NCBI GenBank assembly: GCA_031279695.1
Contig: JAITIA010000140.1
Span: 12,935-76,934 of the forward strand
Origin: Prevotellaceae bacterium
GTDB taxonomy: Bacteria > Bacteroidota > Bacteroidia > Bacteroidales > UBA932
Reading direction: 5' to 3'
Length of the DNA stretch: 64,000 nt
How positions within the stretch are numbered: the first letter of the stretch is position 1; each line of letters opens with the position of its first letter. Below, piece after piece: positions 29,947 through 39,371 of this stretch. Position numbers and translations under genes: made by a program. The notes beneath the pieces are model-generated. The model did no database searches and was not told where the DNA came from. It saw nothing but the letters and a program-made list of their open reading frames with translations.

Positions 29947-31410
29947 ATGAATAAAGAAAATGTAAAAATAAAATTCTACAGTGGAGAAAATATACCACTC
30001 GAACTGCACAAGGTTCGTATCGTTCAGAAATTGAATCTTGTACCGATAGAGCGACGTTTGGAAGCTCTTTACGAAGGCGGATTCAATACGTTCAGACTAA
30101 GCACGAAAGACGTATTTCTCGACATGCTCACCGACAGCGGTACAAACGCAATGAGCGACATGCAATTATCGTCGATGATGCGTGCCGACGACGCATACGC
30201 CGGCTCTCAAAGTTTCTACCGATTGCAGCAGGCAGTTGAAGATGTATTGAAAAAGAAGTACTTGCTGCCGGTGCATCAGGGACGCGCCGCCGAAAATATC
30301 CTGTCGAACGCCTATATCCGCAAAAAAGGCGACCTGATACCAATGAACTATCATTTCACTACCGCCCTGGCTCATATCACCCAATACGGCGGACGAATAG
30401 TGGAACTTCTTTATGATGAGGCATATAAAATCGATTCGCGGCATCCCTTCAAAGGCAATTTGAACGTCGAAAAACTCGACGCAGTAATCCGCGAAACCGG
30501 CAAGGAAAATATCCCCTTTATCAGAATGGAAGCCTCGACAAATCTTATTGGTGGACAGCCATTTTCGATTCAGAACATGCGCGAAGTACGCAAAATAGCC
30601 GACCGATACGGCATCCGTTTAGTGCTCGACGCCAGTCTGCTGGGCGAAAATGCATACCTGATTCTTCAGCGCGAACCCGAATTTGCCGACTCGTCGATGG
30701 CAGAAGTGATTGCAATTATAACAGGATTAGCGGATATCGTTTATTTCTCGGCGCGAAAATTGAGTTCGTCGCGCGGCGGCGGCATCTGTACCAACGACCT
30801 GGCAATTTACCGCGAATTAGAAGCGCTTGTGCCTTTGTTTGAGGGTTTTCTGACATACGGCGGCATCTCTGTCCGCGAAATTGAAGCAATGGCAGTTGGT
30901 TTGTACGAAACACTCGACGAAACAATGATTTGCCAAAGTCCGCAGTTTATCTCATATCTGGTCGAATCGCTCACCAGCAAGGGCGTACCAATGGTAACGC
31001 CTCCCGGAGTGCTTGGCGCCCACGTCGACGCCATGCAAATCTGTTCGCACATCCCTCAAACACAGTATCCTGCCGGAGCGCTGGCAGCCGCCTTTTATCT
31101 TGTCTCCGGCGTTCGGGGCATGGAGCGCGGCTCAATCTCCAACCAGCGCGACGAAAACGGCAACGAAACATACGCCGACATGGAACTGCTGCGCTTGGCT
31201 GTGCCGCGACGTGTATTCACCCTGTCGCAAATTAAATACGTGGAAGACCGTTTAGTATGGCTGTACGAAAATCGTAACCTGATAGGCGGACTTAAATTTG
31301 TTTACGAGCCGCCAGTGCTGCGCTTCTTCATGGGCGGGCTCGAACCGGTGTCGGACTGGACCAACAAACTGATTGTGAAATTCAAAGAAGACTTCGGCGA
31401 CAGTCTGTAA
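29947..31410 (+). CDS. tnaA: Tryptophanase / tyrosine phenol-lyase family beta-eliminating lyase (PLP-dependent)
   Basis: 487 aa. N-terminal FRLSTKDVFLDMLTDSGTNAMSD..MRADDAYAGSQSFY is collinear with E. coli TnaA (DVFIDLLTDSGTGAVT..MMRGDEAYSGSRSYY). The PLP-lysine region SARKLSSSRGGGI is present. Confidence 0.85.
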   Translation: MNKENVKIKFYSGENIPLELHKVRIVQKLNLVPIERRLEALYEGGFNTFRLSTKDVFLDMLTDSGTNAMSDMQLSSMMRADDAYAGSQSFYRLQQAVEDVLKKKYLLPVHQGRAAENILSNAYIRKKGDLIPMNYHFTTALAHITQYGGRIVELLYDEAYKIDSRHPFKGNLNVEKLDAVIRETGKENIPFIRMEASTNLIGGQPFSIQNMREVRKIADRYGIRLVLDASLLGENAYLILQREPEFADSSMAEVIAIITGLADIVYFSARKLSSSRGGGICTNDLAIYRELEALVPLFEGFLTYGGISVREIEAMAVGLYETLDETMICQSPQFISYLVESLTSKGVPMVTPPGVLGAHVDAMQICSHIPQTQYPAGALAAAFYLVSGVRGMERGSISNQRDENGNETYADMELLRLAVPRRVFTLSQIKYVEDRLVWLYENRNLIGGLKFVYEPPVLRFFMGGLEPVSDWTNKLIVKFKEDFGDSL

Positions 31411-31536
31411 AAAACCTGTTTGCAGGCTTGTCCAAATTCTGTTTGAATATCGCTTGACAAGAAAATATACAGGAAATTGCCGCAATTGTTGCAGGATAAT
31501 AATGTTTTGCCTAATTTTGCAGCGATTTTCTAATCC

Positions 31537-31609
31537 GACTCCGTAGCTCAGTTGGTAGAGCAATTGACTCTTAATCAATGGGTCGAGAGTTCGAGCCTCT
31601 CCGGGGTCA
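31537..31609 (+). tRNA. tRNA-Lys (anticodon CTT)
   Basis: Manual cloverleaf: acceptor GACTCCG/CGGGGTC, D-arm GCTC-AGTTGGTA-GAGC, anticodon stem ATTGA/TCAAT with loop CTCTTAA, T-arm GAGAG-TTCGAGC-CTCTC, discriminator A. Confidence 0.85.
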
Positions 31610-31613
31610 CCCA

Positions 31614-31652
31614 AAAAACGCTTTGAATATTTTTGTTCAAAGCGTTTTTTTG
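31614..31652. terminator. Bidirectional rho-independent terminator (cgctttgaa-tatttttg-ttcaaagcg flanked by A-run and T-run)
   Basis: Perfect 9-bp stem with A6 on the 5' side and T7 on the 3' side, immediately after tRNA-Lys. Confidence 0.7.
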
Positions 31653-31877
31653 TGGTGCTTGGCAAGCGTGGTCTGTGTGGAAAAACCGGTCGAAATTATT
31701 ATTTTGAACGGATTTTACTTTACAAACAGATGATTATCAATATTTAACAAAATTGCGATTTTATGTAAAAATTTTTAGTTACCTTTCGCCCGATTTTGTT
31801 AAAAAAGATTATTACACGAAATTTCACGAAGAAGGCACGAAGTCTATTTTACATATCTTTTAATTCGTAATTGAAAT

Positions 31878-33329
31878 TCAGAGCAGTGCGCCGATATATT
31901 CGTATATACCGCTCACAAATCCGACTGTCAGTATTCCGATAGAACACATCACGAGGCTCAAACGATTGAAATTGTCGGTACGGATAACATCGGGAGCGGG
32001 GTCGGTGGCGGAGTCGATATACATTGCTTTGACAATTAGCAGATAATAATACAGCGCAACAACGGTATTGGCAAGTGCAATGGCTACCAGAGCATAGTCG
32101 CCGCGTGCAAAAACGGCGGCAAAGATAAAAAATTTACTGAACGCGCCTGCTAACGGGGGAATGCCGGCAAGCGAAAAAACGGCTATCATCATAACAAACG
32201 ACAGTCGCGGGTTATTTTTTGAAAAACCGCGCAGGACTGCAATATCGGTGCGTCCGGTATTGTTTTCGACGGATGCTATCACTCCGAATATCGCCAAATT
32301 GGAGAAGAGATAAACCAGTATATAATAAATTGTTGCCGTAATTCCCTGCGCCGAGCCGCTCAGCGTGCCAAGCATGATGTAGCCCGCCTGCGACACTGAC
32401 GAAAATGCAAAAAAACGCTTGATATTTTTTTGTCGAAGAGCAAACAGATTGCCTGTTACAATGGTGATTACCGTAAGAACAAGCAGCATATTGTGCCAAA
32501 CGGCTTCAATATTGCCAAACACGCGGTATAAAATAAAAATCAGTGTGAACGAAGCGGCGGCTTTCGAGGCTACCGAGAAATGCGCCGAAACTCCTGTTGG
32601 CGCTCCCTCGTAAACATCGGCTGTCCACAGATGAAACGGGGCAAGCGAGATTTTATATGCCAGACCGGCGAAGAAAAACACAAAGCCAAACAGTACAAGA
32701 ATATTGCTGGCGTGGCTGGCGACGTCGAAAAAATAGAGCGTGCCTACGCCGCCGTAGATATACGACATTCCAAAAACCATAATGCCCGACGACAGGGCGG
32801 TGGTCAGCACATATTTTGCTCCCGCTTCTGCCGACCGCCTGTTATATTTGTCGAATGCCGACAGACAAGCCATTGGCAGCGACGCCATTTCTATGCTCAG
32901 GTACAGCAACATAAAGTGCTGTGCCGATATCATAAAATACATCCCAAGCAATGTGGCAAGCATTATGATATAAAATTCGCCTTCGCGCTGGCGGATTGCT
33001 TTTGTTGAACGAAGCCACTGTCCCGACTGTAAAAAAACAAAAAAAGTTGCCAGCCCAAGCAGGTTTTTCATCATTACTGCCATTTTCGACGTGCCATACA
33101 TTCCGCCAAAGGCTGTTTCGTCGGGAACTGTCGAAAAAACCGAGTATGCAAAACCGCCCGCCACATGCAAACCCAATGCAATACACGCTACTAACTGAAA
33201 ATACTTCATCGCCGGACGGTCGGAAACCGCAATATCGAAAATCAGGAGTAGCAGAAACACTGCCAGCAAGCCGATTTCCTGATATAACTTGAAAAAATCA
33301 CCTAAATTCATTACAAAAAATTTGCGCAA
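31878..33329 (-). CDS. nuoN: NADH-quinone oxidoreductase subunit N-like (NuoN/ND2, Mrp-antiporter-like) membrane protein; appears orphan
   Basis: 483 aa with about 14 TM helices. Conserved NuoN-family motifs (FHLWTADVYEGAPT, SKAAA, LAGIPPLAGFFSKF). No other nuo genes adjacent on the minus strand. Confidence 0.8.
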   Translation of the reverse strand: MRKFFVMNLGDFFKLYQEIGLLAVFLLLLIFDIAVSDRPAMKYFQLVACIALGLHVAGGFAYSVFSTVPDETAFGGMYGTSKMAVMMKNLLGLATFFVFLQSGQWLRSTKAIRQREGEFYIIMLATLLGMYFMISAQHFMLLYLSIEMASLPMACLSAFDKYNRRSAEAGAKYVLTTALSSGIMVFGMSYIYGGVGTLYFFDVASHASNILVLFGFVFFFAGLAYKISLAPFHLWTADVYEGAPTGVSAHFSVASKAAASFTLIFILYRVFGNIEAVWHNMLLVLTVITIVTGNLFALRQKNIKRFFAFSSVSQAGYIMLGTLSGSAQGITATIYYILVYLFSNLAIFGVIASVENNTGRTDIAVLRGFSKNNPRLSFVMMIAVFSLAGIPPLAGAFSKFFIFAAVFARGDYALVAIALANTVVALYYYLLIVKAMYIDSATDPAPDVIRTDNFNRLSLVMCSIGILTVGFVSGIYEYIGALL

Positions 33330-33369
33330 AAGTACTGCTTTTTTATATTCTACAAAAATCGACGTCAGT

Positions 33370-33400
33370 TTTTCAGTGGTCAGTGGTCAGTGGTCAGTTC
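33370..33400. repeat. (CAGTGGT)x3-4 heptanucleotide tandem repeat
   Basis: tttcagtggtcagtggtcagtggtcagttcc, in the nuoN upstream region. Confidence 0.7.
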
Positions 33401-33578
33401 CTGCGGCGGCTTGTTTTTCTGACAAAATTTACAGAATTTTGTTTGTACACAAGGCAGGCAATTGGGCAGGATTGTGCCGGGCACGCCCTGCAACTGCATC
33501 GACAAACGTGTTTGACCAAATCGTGGCAAGGGCTAACCTTGCCACGAGCACTGCCGATTGTTTGAAACATGTATTTTC

Positions 33579-33846
33579 CTGTTTCAGTAAAACCTCTTCA
33601 TCTTTTCAGTAAAACGTGTATATCTTTTCAGTAAAACGTGTATATCTTTTCAGTAAAACCTCTTCATCTTTTCAGTAAAACCTCTTCATCTTTTCAGTAA
33701 AACCTCTTCATCTTTTCAGTAAAACCTCTTCATCTTTTCAGTAAAACGTGTATATCTTTTCAGTAAAACATGTATATCTTTTCAGTAAAACGTGTATATC
33801 TTTTCAGTAAAACATGTATATCTTTTCAGTAAAACAAATCTACTCT
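33579..33846. repeat. Array of about 12 contiguous 22-bp tandem repeats with two alternating unit variants (…ttttcagtaaaacCTCTTCATc / …ttttcagtaaaacGTGTATATc and ATGTATAT)
   Basis: Direct reading gives unit order A,B,B,A,A,A,A,B,B',B,B' plus a degenerate end. No spacers. Lies between the tsaB 3' end and the nuoN 5' end. Confidence 0.85.
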
Positions 33847-33903
33847 TTGAGACAGCCACTAAATCAGGTTGAAAAAAGATTTAGGTGTACAATAATATGG
33901 TAT

Positions 33904-34590
33904 TCATTTTTTACCTGTTAAAAGATTTTTTTTACTTGTGGTAGCAACAAAATCTTTCAGATAAAGTGGCTCAAAATATGCCACATTCTCGAAATGCCGG
34001 TTAAGAAATGCTTCGTTTGCGGGAGCGGCAAGTCCGGTAGCAGAGGCTGTTACGTCGATAAACACGGCATTTGGGCGAGTGATTATCGACCGGCATTTCG
34101 CGGCTCCGCTGCCAAAGAAACAGACTGTTTGCTTTTCGAGTATTTCGTCGAAAGATGATTCGCTGACTGTCATTGCTTTGGTTTCCGACAGCCGTTGCAG
34201 CGAGGCGTCGAACAGCGCCGTATATACTTCCATGCGTCTTGCGTCAATCATTGGACAGTAAATTGCCTCACTGTCTGTGCGTTTGCCTGTTGCCGCCAGT
34301 GCAAGCAGGCTGTCCACTGCAATCAGCGGTTTCGACACGCCGTAGCAAATGCCTTTGGCTGTGGCAACTCCAATGCGCAGACCTGTATATGAGCCGGGTC
34401 CCTTGCCTACAGCCACCGCGTCGAGTTCGGCATATTCCAATCCCGTCGATTTCATTAATTCGTCGATAAAAACCGAAAGGTATTTGGCGTGTTCTCTTTC
34501 GGGATATTCTTTCAGAGCAACGATTTCTTTTCCCTGCGACAAGGCAACCGAGCAGTTGTCGCCGCCGGTTTCGATGCAAAGTATCGCCAT
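33904..34590 (-). CDS. tsaB: tRNA threonylcarbamoyladenosine biosynthesis protein TsaB (YeaZ)
   Basis: MAILCIETGGDNCSVAL...GKGPGSYTGLRIGVATAKG is the TsaB/YeaZ N-terminal ASKHA motif. Confidence 0.9.
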   Translation of the reverse strand: MAILCIETGGDNCSVALSQGKEIVALKEYPEREHAKYLSVFIDELMKSTGLEYAELDAVAVGKGPGSYTGLRIGVATAKGICYGVSKPLIAVDSLLALAATGKRTDSEAIYCPMIDARRMEVYTALFDASLQRLSETKAMTVSESSFDEILEKQTVCFFGSGAAKCRSIITRPNAVFIDVTASATGLAAPANEAFLNRHFENVAYFEPLYLKDFVATTSKKNLLTGKK

Positions 34591-34592
34591 TA

Positions 34593-35609
34593 TCAGGCTG
34601 TTTCAAACTGTTTGAGAAAGCGGACGTCGTTTTCGAAATACAGTCGCAAGTCTTTGATTTGCCATTTGAGCATTGCCAGCCGTTCCACTCCCATACCAAA
34701 GGCAAAGCCGGTGTACTGATGGCTGTCGATACCGCAGGCTTCGAGCACGTTAGGATCGACAATTCCGCAGCCGAGCACTTCCAGCCAGCCCGTATTTTTG
34801 CAGATATTGCAGCCTTTGCCTCCGCAGATTTTGCACGAAACGTCCATTTCTGCCGACGGTTCGGTGAATGGGAAGAACGAGGGACGGAGGCGGATTTCGG
34901 TATTTTCGCCAAACATTTCGCGGGCAAAGTAGAGCAGGGTTTGCTTCATGTCGGCAAACGACACATTTCTATCGATATACAGCCCTTCGACCTGATGAAA
35001 AATGCAGTGCGCCCGCGCCGATATTGCTTCGTTGCGGAACACTCTGCCCGGGCAAATCACACGTATTGGGGGTTTTTGCCGTTCCATCACTCTGACCTGT
35101 ATCGAGCTGGTGTGTGTGCGCAGCAGAATGTCGGGGTTACGTTCGACGAAGAACGTGTCCTGCATGTCTCGCGCCGGGTGGTCGGGCGGAAAGTTGAGAG
35201 CGGAAAACACGTGCCAGTCGTCCTCGATTTCCGGACCGTCGGCAATGGCAAAACCCAGACGGGTAAAGATTTCTATAATTTCGTTGCCCGTAATCGAAAT
35301 CGGATGTCTCGAGCCGATAGATTCTGCGCTGGCAGGCAGGGTTTTATCGGGCACAAGAACATCGTCGGCGCTGCTATCGAACATTTCTTTTTGATTTTTA
35401 AGCCTGTCCTGCACCATGTTTTTGACTTCGTTGAGCAATTTGCCCATCTCTTTTTTCTGTTCGGCGGCTATGTTTTTAAAATCGTCAAAAATGGCAGTCA
35501 GTTCGCCTTTTTTTCCCAGAACGGCAATGCGAAATTCTTCCAGTTCACGTGGGGTTTGTGCGGTAAACTGCTCGATTTTTTTTTTCAACTGTTCGATTCT
35601 TGTTTTCAT
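34593..35609 (-). CDS. pheS: Phenylalanine--tRNA ligase alpha subunit
   Basis: Class II aaRS motifs (FPPDHPARDMQDTFF, GFAFGMGVERLAML). 338 aa. Confidence 0.93.
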   Translation of the reverse strand: MKTRIEQLKKKIEQFTAQTPRELEEFRIAVLGKKGELTAIFDDFKNIAAEQKKEMGKLLNEVKNMVQDRLKNQKEMFDSSADDVLVPDKTLPASAESIGSRHPISITGNEIIEIFTRLGFAIADGPEIEDDWHVFSALNFPPDHPARDMQDTFFVERNPDILLRTHTSSIQVRVMERQKPPIRVICPGRVFRNEAISARAHCIFHQVEGLYIDRNVSFADMKQTLLYFAREMFGENTEIRLRPSFFPFTEPSAEMDVSCKICGGKGCNICKNTGWLEVLGCGIVDPNVLEACGIDSHQYTGFAFGMGVERLAMLKWQIKDLRLYFENDVRFLKQFETA

Positions 35610-35618
35610 GTATCGATT

Positions 35619-36284
35619 TTATTTTACGATTTTTGCCTGTTTGATAACGATGTCTTTTACAGGACGGTTATCCTCCGGACGGGTTTGAGTTTCGGCAATT
35701 TTGTCCACCGTATCCAAGCCTTCCAGCACTTCGCCAAAAACGGTATAATCGCCATCGAGATGCGGCGTTCCTCCTGTCGAAGTATAGTCTTCAAGCGCTT
35801 TGGGGGTAAAGGCAAAGTCCTTGTTCATAGCCTTTTTAGCGGTTTCCATTTCTTTCAGAGCGTCGTTTGTATAAACGCGACCCTGCACGATGTAGAACTG
35901 CGAGCCGGACGAGGCTTTTTCGGGATTTTGGGTACGTGCGGCAGCCAGCGCTCCTTTTTTATGATGTTTGTCGGGGATAATTTCTGCCGGCACTTTATAG
36001 TCAGGACCGCCTGAACCATAGCGTGCTTCGGGTTTTGGATTTTTCGACTCGGGGTCGCCCGCCTGTATCATAAAACTTTCGATAACGCGATGAAAAAGCA
36101 CGCCGTCGTAGTATCCGTCCTTGACAAGTTTCACGAAATTGTCTCTGTGCTGAGGAGTTTCGTCGTAGAGTTGCAAGAGAATATTTCCTTCCGAAGTTTC
36201 GAGCAGAACCTTCACGTTTTCATTTTTTTGGCACGATGTAGCCAGAATTGTTGCAAGCATTGTAATAACTGTAAATTTATTCAT
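35619..36284 (-). CDS. Cyclophilin-type peptidyl-prolyl cis-trans isomerase, secreted lipoprotein
   Basis: FHRVIESFMIQAGDP ... QFYIV motifs. Signal peptide with Cys lipobox. Confidence 0.9.
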   Translation of the reverse strand: MNKFTVITMLATILATSCQKNENVKVLLETSEGNILLQLYDETPQHRDNFVKLVKDGYYDGVLFHRVIESFMIQAGDPESKNPKPEARYGSGGPDYKVPAEIIPDKHHKKGALAAARTQNPEKASSGSQFYIVQGRVYTNDALKEMETAKKAMNKDFAFTPKALEDYTSTGGTPHLDGDYTVFGEVLEGLDTVDKIAETQTRPEDNRPVKDIVIKQAKIVK

Positions 36285-36295
36285 TTTTTATTATT

Positions 36296-37423
36296 TTAAT
36301 TTATTATTTTCTTTGTATAACAGCGACGCCGGATATAGGGTTCGCTGTCGTAATTGTTCCATATCGAAATAGCGTCGATATTGCTTTCGAGTTGCTGGTT
36401 TGAGATGGCGGTTTTGACTTTCAGGCGGATATATGTTTTATTCATTTCGGCGTAATAGATTGACGCCACGCCTTTTTTTTGCCAGTCGGGATGCACGCCG
36501 TTGAGGTAGAGGTCAATTTCGTCGCATTTTTTCATGGCTTTCAGGATGTGGACAAATCCGAAGGGTAAAAGCCGCCCGCGGGCTTTCTGAAATGCCCGCG
36601 ACAGGCTGGACATGCTGACGCCAAAGGCAATAATATTGTCGTTACTGTCGGCAACCATGCACACAAGTTCGGGGTTGATCATCGAGATATACTGTTTCAC
36701 ATATCTGTCCATTTCCTTGTCGGTAAGTTCCACAAAACCATGCAGATTGACAAATGCTTCGTTCAGTGTTTCAAACAGTTTTTTTCCGTAGGGGATAATG
36801 TCTTTTGCGCAGGTAAATTTCTTGATATGAAGTTTATAGCGTTCCATCACTATTTTATTCAGCCTTTCGACTTTTTCGGGTACGGGCTGCGAGGCGTTGA
36901 ATTTAAATTGCACCCAGTCGTCGTATTTTCCATAACCATGTTTTTCAAGATGTTGGGGATAATAAGGATAATTGTAGATATTTGCGATGGTGGGCAGTTT
37001 GTCGAACCCGTCCACCAGCATACCTTCAAAATCCATATCGGTAAAACCCATTGGACCTTCAACCGTATCCATTCCCAGCTCAACAGCCCATTTTTCGACC
37101 TCGTCGAGCAGCAATTTCGACACCTCCAAATCGTCGATAAAATCAATCCATCCGAAACGCAGATGTCGATAGTTCCATTTTTGGTTGGCTCTGATATTCA
37201 GAATTGCCGCCACCCTGCCAACCACCTTCCCCGACCTGTATGCAAGCCAGTATTTAGCCTTGCAATAGTCGAAGGCGGGGTTTTTATCTTTTCGGAGTGT
37301 ATTCATTTCGTCCATATTGAGCGGCGGCACCCAACAGCGATTATCCTTATACAAATCGAAAGGAAATTTGACGAATTTTTTCAATTCCGATATTTTAATC
37401 ACTTCTTTTACAAAAGTATTCAT
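36296..37423 (-). CDS. Hypothetical protein, possibly GNAT-fold N-acyltransferase-like (375 aa)
   Basis: Good coding composition. Function inferred weakly, since no sharp motif was recognised. Confidence 0.5.
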   Translation of the reverse strand: MNTFVKEVIKISELKKFVKFPFDLYKDNRCWVPPLNMDEMNTLRKDKNPAFDYCKAKYWLAYRSGKVVGRVAAILNIRANQKWNYRHLRFGWIDFIDDLEVSKLLLDEVEKWAVELGMDTVEGPMGFTDMDFEGMLVDGFDKLPTIANIYNYPYYPQHLEKHGYGKYDDWVQFKFNASQPVPEKVERLNKIVMERYKLHIKKFTCAKDIIPYGKKLFETLNEAFVNLHGFVELTDKEMDRYVKQYISMINPELVCMVADSNDNIIAFGVSMSSLSRAFQKARGRLLPFGFVHILKAMKKCDEIDLYLNGVHPDWQKKGVASIYYAEMNKTYIRLKVKTAISNQQLESNIDAISIWNNYDSEPYIRRRCYTKKIIN

Positions 37424-37766
37424 AGCCGGTCTGCTTTAAATTCGGGTGCAAATGTAGTACAAAATATCGAAACCAAAAAATTTTTTTGAAAAAAAGTTGA
37501 GGTGCGACTGATTTTCGATTGCCCGGCGCGAGGAAATGCGAAGGAGATGGTCGTTTTTTCTATCGATATGGATCTCCGATTTTCATAATGCCGCTGATTT
37601 TTGCCGCCAAAATTTATCGAATATTCTTCTATATCTGGTTAAAATTAAAAAATTAGCAGGCAAAATATCCTTTACAACAGATTTTATTTTCACATATAAC
37701 ATATTTATTTTAAGAATAATACATAATTGTCCGCAATATTTTTTGGATTATTCAATAAAAAAGCAT

Positions 37767-37774
37767 TACCTTTG
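37767..37774 (+). promoter_or_regulatory. -7 box TACCTTTG 14 nt upstream of tRNA-Pro
   Basis: Sequence cattacctttgcagccg, the same extended motif as the rpsJ promoter. Confidence 0.5.
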
Positions 37775-37787
37775 CAGCCGCATTTTT

Positions 37788-37861
37788 CGGGGTGTGGCGC
37801 AGTTGGCTAGCGCACCTGCTTTGGGAGCAGGGGGTCCTCCGTTCGAGTCGGAGTACCCCGA
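37788..37861 (+). tRNA. tRNA-Pro (anticodon TGG)
   Basis: Manual cloverleaf: acceptor CGGGGTG/TACCCCG, D-arm GCGC-AGTTGGCTA-GCGC, anticodon stem CCTGC/GCAGG with loop TTTGGGA, T-arm CTCCG-TTCGAGT-CGGAG, discriminator A. Confidence 0.85.
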
Positions 37862-38015
37862 CAAAATAATATTGTACGGGCTATATAATTTTTTGATATA
37901 GTGAGTTTTACTATCTATCAAATGCAAAATGAATCAGGTGCAAAAATTTGCGCCGCCATTATTGCGCGCCCTACAAACCTCTGAAAACAAGGCTTTTTCG
38001 TCGAAAAACAATAAA

Positions 38016-38801
38016 TTAAATATTCAACACCTTGCGCATTGCTGCCCTGTCGGGGTCGATGCCTGTAAAAAGTTTGAAACAGTATAAAGCCTGACAGTAA
38101 AGCCAGTATCGTCCGTCAATTACGGTGCAGTTCAGGCTGCGGGCTTTGTCGAGCAAGGGCGAGCCGATATACGAGGCGTCGAGAATTACCTGCCTGGTAT
38201 TGAGCAGTTTCCTGTCGATTAAATCAATATTTCCATACAGAGTGTTTATTATGACATCAGCAGATTGTAGCAGATCTGCGAGGCTATCGACAGGCGCTGC
38301 CCGGCAGCCGATTTTGCTCGCAAAATCGGTGGCTTTCTGCACGGTACGATTAACGATGGTTAATTTACCGCCGGCTTTGCAAACGGCGTATGCGGCGGCT
38401 TTGCCAGCGCCTCCAATGCCCAGCAGCACACAGGTTTTGCCCTGAAGTGCGACGCCAAACTCCTCGAAACTGCCCGACACGCCGCAATGGTCGCAATTAT
38501 CGGCTTTCAGCCTTCCATTATGCACTGTTACAGTATTTACCGCTTCAATCAGCCTTGCCGTTTCGCTCAATTCGTCAGCAAATCGATAAATATCCTCTTT
38601 GAAGGGCGCGGTGATATTGCCGCCGTCGTAGCGCGTTTTCAATATTTCGACGCATTCTTCGGCGCTTGTCGGTTCGTTGATTTCATAACTCAGTCCCGTA
38701 TAACGCTGATACGCTGCGCCAAACAGCGCGGGACTTTTACTGTGTCGGGCAGGATTGCCCAAAATTGTGAATTTTTGCATTATATGGATATTAGTTTTCA
38801 T
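38016..38801 (-). CDS. aroE: Shikimate dehydrogenase (likely true start at MQKFTILGNP, 38780)
   Basis: ILGNPARHSKSP substrate motif and a GIGGAGKAAAYA Rossmann motif. Confidence 0.85.
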   Translation of the reverse strand: MKTNIHIMQKFTILGNPARHSKSPALFGAAYQRYTGLSYEINEPTSAEECVEILKTRYDGGNITAPFKEDIYRFADELSETARLIEAVNTVTVHNGRLKADNCDHCGVSGSFEEFGVALQGKTCVLLGIGGAGKAAAYAVCKAGGKLTIVNRTVQKATDFASKIGCRAAPVDSLADLLQSADVIINTLYGNIDLIDRKLLNTRQVILDASYIGSPLLDKARSLNCTVIDGRYWLYCQALYCFKLFTGIDPDRAAMRKVLNI

Positions 38802-38810
38802 TATTAATAT

Positions 38811-39140
38811 TCAATGTTTGCTGACAACATTCAGTCCTGCAATCGATACGACGAGAGTAGCCAGAAAGAAGATTCTCCAGAAATCAGCAGGATCTTTGAA
38901 CACCAAAATACCGGTCAAAATGGTTCCCGCCGCTCCCGTTCCTGTCCATACGGCATAGGCTGTGCCTATCGGAATATTTTGCGTTGCCTTTATCAGCAAC
39001 AGCATACTCAGGGTAAGAGTAAGGGCAAAACCGCCATACCACCAGCAAGTTGCCGTTCCCGTTGCCTCCTTCGCCTTTCCCAAACAGAATGCAAAAGCAA
39101 CCTCAAACAATCCCGCAATAATCAAAATAATCCAGTTCAT
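38811..39140 (-). CDS. SMR-family (EmrE/SugE-like) small multidrug/quaternary-ammonium efflux protein
   Basis: 109 aa with 4 TM helices, a conserved Glu in TM1 (AGLFEVAFAFCLGKA), and a WTGTGAAG motif. Confidence 0.85.
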   Translation of the reverse strand: MNWIILIIAGLFEVAFAFCLGKAKEATGTATCWWYGGFALTLTLSMLLLIKATQNIPIGTAYAVWTGTGAAGTILTGILVFKDPADFWRIFFLATLVVSIAGLNVVSKH

Positions 39141-39286
39141 ATTGTATTAATTTTAAAAATTTCGCGCCGCAAAAGTACTAATAATTTTTTGATTGACGAT
39201 TTTAGATTTTTGAAAAAATTATTTCTTGGAGATTTGATAATTTTGTGGCATTTCAACATTTTTTTGATTGTATAATAAAATAGACT

Positions 39287-39294
39287 TATATTTG
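39287..39294 (+). promoter_or_regulatory. -7 box TATATTTG (tatatttgcagccg) upstream of the GNAT gene
   Basis: Matches TAnnTTTG and the extended GCAGCCG motif. Confidence 0.45.
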
Positions 39295-39371
39295 CAGCCG
39301 AAAACTGAGGGTTTTTTCAGATAAAACTCTCTGAAAATTAATTTATTAATTCCGATTGGAAGATACGAAAA

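Noticed and set aside
33579-33846. Possible CRISPR array
   Set aside because: Repeat units are directly contiguous with no unique spacers. The variation is two alternating unit types. No cas genes nearby.
34659-36014. 451-aa plus-strand ORF
   Set aside because: Antisense to pheS and the cyclophilin gene, with no motif and odd composition.
36740-37489. 249-aa plus-strand ORF
   Set aside because: Antisense to the 36296..37423 gene. No features.
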